From assembly GCF_021389975.1 (NCBI RefSeq), contig NZ_CP089981.1:2992199-3024198 (forward strand): 32,000 nt of DNA. Direction: 5' to 3'. The stretch comes from Fulvivirga ulvae. Lineage in GTDB: Bacteria; Bacteroidota; Bacteroidia; Cytophagales; Cyclobacteriaceae. The number at the start of each line of letters is the position of its first letter. Within the stretch, counting starts at the first letter, position 1. Below the pieces are notes generated by a model that made no database searches, was not told the origin of the DNA, and worked only from the letters and a program-made list of their open reading frames with translations. Positions 1-6,161 of the stretch are shown here, piece after piece. A program made the translations under genes and the position numbers.

Positions 1-264
1 GATGACAACGTTGTAAAAAGGGCATGTATCTATGTAGATACTTACCAGGGTGCATTGAAAGAGACCGGCGATCTGGTTATTCCTTTGCGGGAAGGAGTAA
101 TTGACAAGGAAGATATAAAGGCAGAACTGAAAGAGCTGTGTAACGGGAGCAAAGCCGGAAGAAGCTCTGATGATCAGATAACATGCTTTAAATCAGTGGG
201 GCATGCCATTGAAGATCTGGTTGCCGCCATGCTGATAAAGGAAAATTTAGGGAAAATTCATTAG
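1..264 (+). CDS. ornithine cyclodeaminase/mu-crystallin family protein, C-terminal fragment (5' end outside window)
   Basis: Frame 1 is open from base 1 (DDNVVKRACIYVDTYQGALKETGDL...), so the listed TTG at 55 is probably internal. The C-terminal 'CFKSVGHAIEDLVAA' resembles the conserved C-terminal FKSxGxAxxDxxAA segment of the OCD/CRYM family. Stop at 262-264. Confidence 0.55.
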   Translation, partial: DDNVVKRACIYVDTYQGALKETGDLVIPLREGVIDKEDIKAELKELCNGSKAGRSSDDQITCFKSVGHAIEDLVAAMLIKENLGKIH

Positions 265-332
265 ACTGAAAGCATTTGGTATTGAATCCACCATATTTGA
301 ATTTGATCCATAACATGCTGGTTTACAATCTT

Positions 333-350
333 ATCACTATTTCTAGTGAT
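333..350 (+). terminator. weak candidate stem-loop downstream of the OCD-like gene
   Basis: ATCACTA (333-339) / loop TTTC / TAGTGAT (344-350), followed by TTCTTC. The stem is short and AT-rich, so support is weak. Confidence 0.2.
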
Positions 351-397
351 TTCTTCAAACCCTTAAAACTAGTGTTTTATCCGCCTGCTTCCCTAAG

Positions 398-405
398 TAC
401 ATTTG
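398..405 (+). promoter_or_regulatory. candidate Bacteroidota -7 promoter box (TAnnTTTG)
   Basis: TACATTTG matches the TAnnTTTG consensus and lies about 38 nt upstream of the ATG at 443. A T-rich stretch lies about 20 nt further upstream. Confidence 0.3.
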
Positions 406-442
406 GATTTGTATAAAAAACAACAAATTAAAATTTACAACT

Positions 443-835
443 ATGGGACTAGCAGAAAAACGCCTTGCTCAAGAAATCCAAAATGACAAACTACCAACAT
501 TTGAGTCAGAAATTAAAGACATCGCAGGATACGACATCAAGGTGGATATTGACTGGAATACTTTTACAGCCTACGATACTTACCCACTTTCGAGGCTGGA
601 CATCGTGTTTAGCGATCTGAAAGGTTTCCTGAAGAAGATTTGTGTTGATGATATGGGTAAAGAAGCCCTTAAGGAGAAAATGAGCGCCATTAAGCTTACC
701 AACATCGAAAATGCCGATGATATAGCCATGGAGTTCAACGGTGATGTGTTTGACCTGAAGGTAAAACTGGTTGGAGATTCTTTCAGTGCTTACTCCGACT
801 CGCAGCTTGCAAGCTATGTGGAGGGCCAACTTTAA
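443..835 (+). CDS. hypothetical protein (130 aa, acidic, no signal peptide)
   Basis: ATG-initiated ORF of 130 aa preceded by a candidate promoter box. I recognise no motif. The antisense ORF 506-829 is judged spurious. Confidence 0.5.
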   Translation: MGLAEKRLAQEIQNDKLPTFESEIKDIAGYDIKVDIDWNTFTAYDTYPLSRLDIVFSDLKGFLKKICVDDMGKEALKEKMSAIKLTNIENADDIAMEFNGDVFDLKVKLVGDSFSAYSDSQLASYVEGQL

Positions 836-886
836 TTAAAAAAAATATACTGGTATCGGCTTTAATGATCTGAATTATAATAATTT

Positions 887-921
887 AGAAGGGGAATGCT
901 TCTGTTGGGGCTTCCCCTTCT
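887..921 (+). promoter_or_regulatory. GC-rich stem-loop between the first and second gene of the orphan cluster
   Basis: AGAAGGGGAA(t)GC (887-899) pairs with GCTTCCCCTTCT (910-921). That gives 12 bp with one bulge and a 10-nt loop. It ends 8 nt before the ATG at 929 and has no clear U-tract. Confidence 0.35.
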
Positions 922-928
922 CTAATCT

Positions 929-1498
929 ATGGATTACATACTTTCAACAAGCGAAACTATGCAGGAAGACATTAATAAACTCGTGTCGATGGGCAAGCAG
1001 GCACTTATACAAATGGCCTGGGACCTGATAATGGATAAGCAGCTTGACTTCCGGATCTTTCCCGAAGATTATGAAGCCTCAGTTTGGGTGAATAGCAAGG
1101 ACGTTCAGGTGAAATTCAGAAGGCTTATGCGCTATATTCCCGAAAGCAGTTACCTTGAATATGATATCTCCGTAGCATTGCTCGGCAAGAAGGTCTCGCC
1201 CTTTGATGATTGGTTTTATCAGAATAATTTTTTTGTGCCCGATAAGGAGCAGCAGCAAACCATATCATACCTCAAAAAGCTTTTAGGATTGCCTTATTCG
1301 TATATGAATCATGAGATTTCCGAAGATGATGAGAATTATTATGTCAATACTAATAGCGAAACGGCTTTTCGTCACTATATTGTAAATAAAAAATCAGGTG
1401 AACCCTCAGAACCGCTGGAAGGCACATATGTTGTTTTGCCGCAACCGTTTCCTGATTGTGAATTTGATGAAGAGAACCAATGGGTGGAGATAAAGTGA
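929..1498 (+). CDS. hypothetical protein (189 aa, acidic, cytoplasmic)
   Basis: ATG ORF of 189 aa with no TM segment, signal peptide or recognisable catalytic motif. It lies 24 nt upstream of the next gene on the same strand. Confidence 0.55.
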   Translation: MDYILSTSETMQEDINKLVSMGKQALIQMAWDLIMDKQLDFRIFPEDYEASVWVNSKDVQVKFRRLMRYIPESSYLEYDISVALLGKKVSPFDDWFYQNNFFVPDKEQQQTISYLKKLLGLPYSYMNHEISEDDENYYVNTNSETAFRHYIVNKKSGEPSEPLEGTYVVLPQPFPDCEFDEENQWVEIK

Positions 1499-1522
1499 GC
1501 CATCTGATAATTTGCGAATGTA

Positions 1523-3496
1523 ATGCAGGTAATTGAAATCCACTATGAAAATGAAAGGAGCGTAGTAGCTGTTTCGCTGAGCAGTGAAAAAATCAATGAG
1601 TATTTAAGCCGGCTAAAAGATGCAGGTCTCAATGGTCTGACGCTGAAAACTCTCACCTTCGGAAATTTTCCCGTTTATGCTATTACAAAATATCAAAAAG
1701 ACGAACAGGAGAATGCCCATAGCTATATTGAATACATGGATGAGCAAGGATATATCCGGCTCATACAGACTCAAAAGGAGCAGAAAGCGAACGACAATTT
1801 CCATGTTTACTTCACTGCATATTGTTTTGAAGAGGAGTATTTCCAGCATGCGCTGGGACCTAATCTCATGGGCAATATAGACCATGTACAAGTCAATAAT
1901 TACTTTCTTGATGATGATGACGCCGAGAAGGGCCTTGCTCATAGCCGCATCAGGAGGCTGGCAGGCCGGTGGGATTTGGACGGTCTGGATAACTTGTATG
2001 CACGGTATATGGAGTCTGGCTCAAAGAGCGATAAAGAAAACCTTGCGATGGAAGGATACCTCTCGGTATTCAGCGAAATGGATTATGACTTTGCCTGTGG
2101 AAAACTTACCGATGCAGGGATATCCTTATTGCTTCCCATAGCAGAAAAAATGAGTATGCTATTGGGCAAGAAGCAATGGGATGTTTATAGCAGGGCCTAT
2201 ATGATATTGCTGGAAGATGCCGTAGCCAACCACGCCGATGAAGTTGAGCATTACTTTAATGAGGCAGAGAGAGCTATTCAGGCCAATATGCTGGAAGCCA
2301 TGGAAGATCAGCAGGAGAGCTATCGTCAGCTGGCAATGGTCAACAATATGCTATGTGAATACCGGCATTTTGATGATAAAAACTGGCATCGCGCCCTGGA
2401 ATTTATCAACACATCCATTACCCTTGATCCTGCCGAAGGTGATTGGTTTTTATACCTGCAATTGATCCATATTCCCTACGATGTCAGAAGAAGCAATAAG
2501 CTTGAAGGCCTCTCGGATGCTGATGTTAAAGATCGGTATAAGCAATGGCATGCGCTTAGATCTGACGAGTTAATTAAATTCAGGGCACTCGGTATTTCTT
2601 TGGATGACAGCACGCATGCTGTTGCAGTAAATATAGCTATGGCATTCAAAAGACTTCGGGACCATATGGAGTGGTACCATATGGACGACAGCCTTTTTCC
2701 CGAAAAAGACTACCTGTACTGGCTCGATGAGGCCCGGCAATGGCAAAAACAAAAAACCACCAGGATGCAGCTCACGGAAATCGGACATTTTTTCCATGCC
2801 GAAGGTAATAAATACAAACGCATCGATTTACTGGAAATCGCCGTTTTACATTTTCAGCGATTGATAGAGCAAATTGGAGAGACACCGTTTGAGGTCTACT
2901 ACAAAGCTTCAGCCCTGGAGGATATATCCGACATCTTCTTTTTTGAAAATGATAATGAGCAGGCAATAAACTATCGTAATCAGGCTACGCTATGCTACAA
3001 AGGCCACATCAGTTTGGTTGAGAGTAACCCATCTGTATTTATGCATTACACCGAATACCTTGAACGGTGCTATGTGCATCCTGCTGATATTATGAAACCT
3101 GCGATGGAAGAGCTGGAAGCACTGGCGGCAACTTCTGAAGAGCAGGGAGATGGAATGTACTCCTCACCGGTAATGCTGAGGATAAGACTGGCCCTGCTGA
3201 AAGAAGATGAAGAAGCAGCCCTGTACCATATTGTCAAATCCCTTATTTTATTTGAACTCGGCATGGAAGAGCACATTAAAAAGCTGATACAAATACCACA
3301 AATCAGGGCTTTTGATAAGCTTTATACACTATTAAGCGATACCCTGAGCTTTTTTGACGAGATCAGTGAAAACTATTACCTGGATGTGAAGATAAAATGG
3401 AAGCACCTCAGGGAAATGAGTCCCGAAGCAGTGTTTGAAGCCTGGGAAGAGAGAAAGGATGTACTCAGAAATCGTGAAAAAATAGCCTGGAGCTAA
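1523..3496 (+). CDS. hypothetical protein (657 aa): N-terminal ~110-aa domain plus a long helical-repeat-like region
   Basis: This is the longest ORF in the region. It is rich in W/Y/E/D/L with a helical-repeat-like appearance. I found no P-loop (GxxxxGK[ST]) and no HExxH. All overlapping ORFs are short alternate-frame ORFs. Confidence 0.7.
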   Translation: MQVIEIHYENERSVVAVSLSSEKINEYLSRLKDAGLNGLTLKTLTFGNFPVYAITKYQKDEQENAHSYIEYMDEQGYIRLIQTQKEQKANDNFHVYFTAYCFEEEYFQHALGPNLMGNIDHVQVNNYFLDDDDAEKGLAHSRIRRLAGRWDLDGLDNLYARYMESGSKSDKENLAMEGYLSVFSEMDYDFACGKLTDAGISLLLPIAEKMSMLLGKKQWDVYSRAYMILLEDAVANHADEVEHYFNEAERAIQANMLEAMEDQQESYRQLAMVNNMLCEYRHFDDKNWHRALEFINTSITLDPAEGDWFLYLQLIHIPYDVRRSNKLEGLSDADVKDRYKQWHALRSDELIKFRALGISLDDSTHAVAVNIAMAFKRLRDHMEWYHMDDSLFPEKDYLYWLDEARQWQKQKTTRMQLTEIGHFFHAEGNKYKRIDLLEIAVLHFQRLIEQIGETPFEVYYKASALEDISDIFFFENDNEQAINYRNQATLCYKGHISLVESNPSVFMHYTEYLERCYVHPADIMKPAMEELEALAATSEEQGDGMYSSPVMLRIRLALLKEDEEAALYHIVKSLILFELGMEEHIKKLIQIPQIRAFDKLYTLLSDTLSFFDEISENYYLDVKIKWKHLREMSPEAVFEAWEERKDVLRNREKIAWS

Positions 3497-3509
3497 AAGA
3501 TGACAACCG

Positions 3510-3983
3510 GTGACAGAAATCTTAGTTATTACACTCCTATCAATGAACTTCACAATGTCCCATAATAAATATGTGAATATTACGGAGCATGTTTCCGTGC
3601 AGCAATTTGAGCAAATACAGCGTTTCATTTTGGCCAATGGTGACAGGAAAACTTACAGGAATATTGATAGCAATAACCCACACTACCGGTTTAATAATTT
3701 TGATATCTTCCTCAACCCTGAAAATGTAAAGCTATTTACAGGCAATCCTGATTATGACAAGTTCAATGAAATAACCATATACGACCCTTCTAGTGAAATA
3801 CAATATTATACATTAAGGGTAGTTAAGGCAGGTGACAGGGAAAACAGTGCTACACATCTTCCTGAACATAATGATGATGAAAACCGGGTGTATCTGTTGA
3901 ATATCTATAATGAGGATATCGACTTAATGAAGAAAAACCTTTTGGAATATTATCTGAAGGAAATCTATCAGAAAATGCTGTAA
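3510..3983 (+). CDS. hypothetical protein (up to 157 aa; start uncertain)
   Basis: The ORF track starts at GTG 3510. In-frame ATGs at 3543 (MNFTMSH...) and 3555 (MSHNKY...) are alternative starts. It lies 13 nt after the previous stop and 3 nt before the next start. Confidence 0.5.
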   Translation: MTEILVITLLSMNFTMSHNKYVNITEHVSVQQFEQIQRFILANGDRKTYRNIDSNNPHYRFNNFDIFLNPENVKLFTGNPDYDKFNEITIYDPSSEIQYYTLRVVKAGDRENSATHLPEHNDDENRVYLLNIYNEDIDLMKKNLLEYYLKEIYQKML

Positions 3984-3986
3984 CCT

Positions 3987-4670
3987 ATGATTCGAAAAAA
4001 AACTACCTGTTTTCTTTTTTTTATGCTTGTATCGGCAGGTTTCTCATGTCAGAAAGCGTCAACTTATGAAACATCTGTTGAAGGGACGGTAATAACTGAC
4101 TCCGTTGAGCAAATTGATGTTAATGAGCCTACTCAACAAAACGTTTCTACTGATATTGAGGCTGACCTGGACTTCATCACAACCCGGGCATTGATTTTAT
4201 CCGTCCGGGAGGAGTTGCTTATGCCCTCAGACTACCTCACCACTGTGATGAGGGTAAGGATAACCCGTGGTGATACGCTGATCTTTACGGATGCCGATGG
4301 CTTTGAAAGCCTCGCAGGAAAGGAAATAACTTTGAAATATCGTCTGGTACCTCAAGGCAGATGGTTAGTGTGTATGAATTGTACAGCTTTTGATGAAAAT
4401 ATAAAAGTGGCTGATATCACGTTAGTAACTTCGGAGGTTCAGTTCAAAAAATTGAGATTGCGCAAATTTATTGAGGACCTGTACATAGATGCTGCTTCAA
4501 CATTTATGATGGAGAATGAACAGGGTGAGATTGAAGAATTTTTGAGTGCAAAGCACGATATGCTGAAAGACAGCACTAAAATGAAACAGTCTTACGCCAA
4601 CTACGGATTTATCAATACTTTTTATCCCGAGCTTGGCAATCGCGGAGAGCTCGAAGCCTTGAACAGGTAA
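3987..4670 (+). CDS. putative lipoprotein (227 aa), function unknown
   Basis: The N-terminus MIRKKTTCFLFFMLVSAGFSC-QKAS has a hydrophobic core followed by a lipobox-like Cys. This is the last gene of the co-directional cluster. Confidence 0.6.
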   Translation: MIRKKTTCFLFFMLVSAGFSCQKASTYETSVEGTVITDSVEQIDVNEPTQQNVSTDIEADLDFITTRALILSVREELLMPSDYLTTVMRVRITRGDTLIFTDADGFESLAGKEITLKYRLVPQGRWLVCMNCTAFDENIKVADITLVTSEVQFKKLRLRKFIEDLYIDAASTFMMENEQGEIEEFLSAKHDMLKDSTKMKQSYANYGFINTFYPELGNRGELEALNR

Positions 4671-4686
4671 CCTGAAGCCCCTTCAC

Positions 4687-5313
4687 TCAGTTCAACTGAC
4701 TGTTCTGTCTGAACCTCGGTTTTAAAGATTTTGAGGTATAAATTAATGCCTGAACCAGCAAACCAACAACGATTAGAAAACTGATCTCCAGGTACGAATT
4801 GAAATTGCTGCTGGCTATGAGCTGATCGGAATCTTTAAGTATCCTCCTGGTTTCTGCAAGTTGAATGTCCGAGAGTAGCCCCAGGTGCGTTGATATGCTT
4901 TTATGGTGCTGCTCTATACTGCTGATGACGCCAGTCTCAGGAGAAGAAATATACTCCTGCTCAAGCATATTTAACTGCTGAATATCAGCTTTTAGCCTTT
5001 TGAAATATACAGCCTCATCCGCTGTAAGCTGAGTCTTTCCATACTTCAATATAAGCTGCTGTATGGAGCTGTCGAGCCGGATTGACAACTCACCATTTTT
5101 TTCTATCAGTATTTTTTTCTGGTTGAACAGATCAGAGAGTTTATAAATATAGTTTTCAACCATTAGCCGGTCTTCATATACAGTAGTAAATGCCTTCTGT
5201 AATGCAGAGAAGTGCCTTTTGTCAATAATATTGGTTATGAGCATAATAAAAAAAATAATTCCCAGAGCCACCGCCGCCTTTGATTTTTGAGCAATTTGAT
5301 ATGTCCATTTCAT
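4687..5313 (-). CDS. 4HB-MCP-like (chemoreceptor four-helix-bundle type) two-TM protein with no output domain
   Basis: I prefer the ATG at 5313 (MKWTYQIAQKSKAAVALGIIFFIMLITNII...) over the listed 5397 start. The order is an N-terminal TM, then a helical segment (FTTVYEDRLMVENYIYKL...) resembling MCP N-terminal 4HB sensors, then a second TM near the C-terminus (ISFLIVVGLLVQALIY). Confidence 0.5.
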   Translation of the reverse strand: MKWTYQIAQKSKAAVALGIIFFIMLITNIIDKRHFSALQKAFTTVYEDRLMVENYIYKLSDLFNQKKILIEKNGELSIRLDSSIQQLILKYGKTQLTADEAVYFKRLKADIQQLNMLEQEYISSPETGVISSIEQHHKSISTHLGLLSDIQLAETRRILKDSDQLIASSNFNSYLEISFLIVVGLLVQALIYTSKSLKPRFRQNSQLN

Positions 5314-5782
5314 GTTAGTAAGTATTAATGTTCCAGTATTGAGATGACAATGTAACAACCAGTTGGCAATTGGCAAAAGCAGTAACCGGCACCCCAAGAC
5401 TCTACTACTTAATTTACAAAAAATAAGGCTAAAAAATTTACTTTTTGATCACGAAGTTGATGATAATAGCAATATCGCTTATCGTGGTGCTTCATACTTT
5501 GAAGGCCTTGGGAAACAGTACATGTTTTTACTCAATTTCATAGTCAAAACACCTGATTGCAGATAGCTGGACGTGTCATTCCAGGCGCTACGGGATATTG
5601 CGTGACCTCTCAACCCGGGAAGCCTTTACTTTATTTGATTAACAAAGGCTGTCAAAGTATAGAGAGTATCATTATTGAGAAAGGGGTCTCGTTCGGAAAG
5701 TAATTTGGATGTTTGGGAAAAGCTGTTGGGCAGGGAGCAGTGAAGCAGCTACATTGAGGAGATTTAAGAAAAACTTATCGTT

Positions 5783-6043
5783 ATGGACTCACTATTCTAT
5801 GGGATTATCATTTTAGTAATAGCTTTCTTGTTTTTTCTCTTAATGCGCGCATTTATGCTATGGTATTGGAAGGTTGATACCATAGTGCAAAATCAGAAGG
5901 AACAGAAACAGTTGATGCGGCAACAAAATCATTGGTTAGAGCAAATTTATCTTTTACAGGGAGCACATAAAATAGAACCTTCGAAGGATTCCCCTGAAGA
6001 GATTATTCGAAAGGCCAGGTTGTTTGATGAGTCGCAGGGGTAG
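5783..6043 (+). CDS. small single-pass membrane protein (86 aa), hypothetical
   Basis: ATG ORF with an N-terminal TM (FYGIIILVIAFLFFLLMRAFMLWYW) and a Q/E-rich helical tail. A stem-loop lies about 60 nt downstream. Confidence 0.4.
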   Translation: MDSLFYGIIILVIAFLFFLLMRAFMLWYWKVDTIVQNQKEQKQLMRQQNHWLEQIYLLQGAHKIEPSKDSPEEIIRKARLFDESQG

Positions 6044-6102
6044 CATGAAAATAGGGATAGCCTTTTACAGAAGAACCCCTGGCTGCGTTACACTTACAGA
6101 AA

Positions 6103-6141
6103 AAGCCCCCTGCTTTACCTGGCAAGGTAAGCAGAGGGCTT
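6103..6141. terminator. candidate bidirectional stem-loop terminator between convergent genes
   Basis: AAGCCCCCTGCTTTACC ... GGTAAGCAGAGGGCTT is an imperfect GC-rich inverted repeat with a short loop (TGGCAA). It sits between the 5783-6043 (+) and 6162-8432 (-) genes. An A-run lies upstream (AAAAAG) and TTCC follows. Confidence 0.5.
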
Positions 6142-6161
6142 CCAAATCCGAATAATTAATT

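Noticed and set aside
1-264. Possible link between the OCD/mu-crystallin-family gene (the family includes lysine cyclodeaminase and ketimine reductases) and the proposed hydroxylysine catabolism.
   Set aside because: It is 19 kb away, separated by several unrelated transcription units, and only a fragment is visible. There is no positional support.
506-829. 107-aa antisense ORF inside the 443-835 gene. Similar antisense or alternate-frame ORFs occur at 1613-1942, 2570-2797, 3332-3637, 7749-8027, 8031-8306, 10097-10459, 15664-16053, 16504-17070, 18188-18508, 25442-25714 and elsewhere.
   Set aside because: Each lies entirely within a longer ORF that has clear family motifs or better context. 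The translations are low-complexity or odd in composition with no motif, typical of shadow ORFs.
5363-5566. 67-aa ORF in the long intergenic gap.
   Set aside because: It has a TTG start, no motif, no signal peptide or TM segment, and an odd composition. Treated as non-coding.
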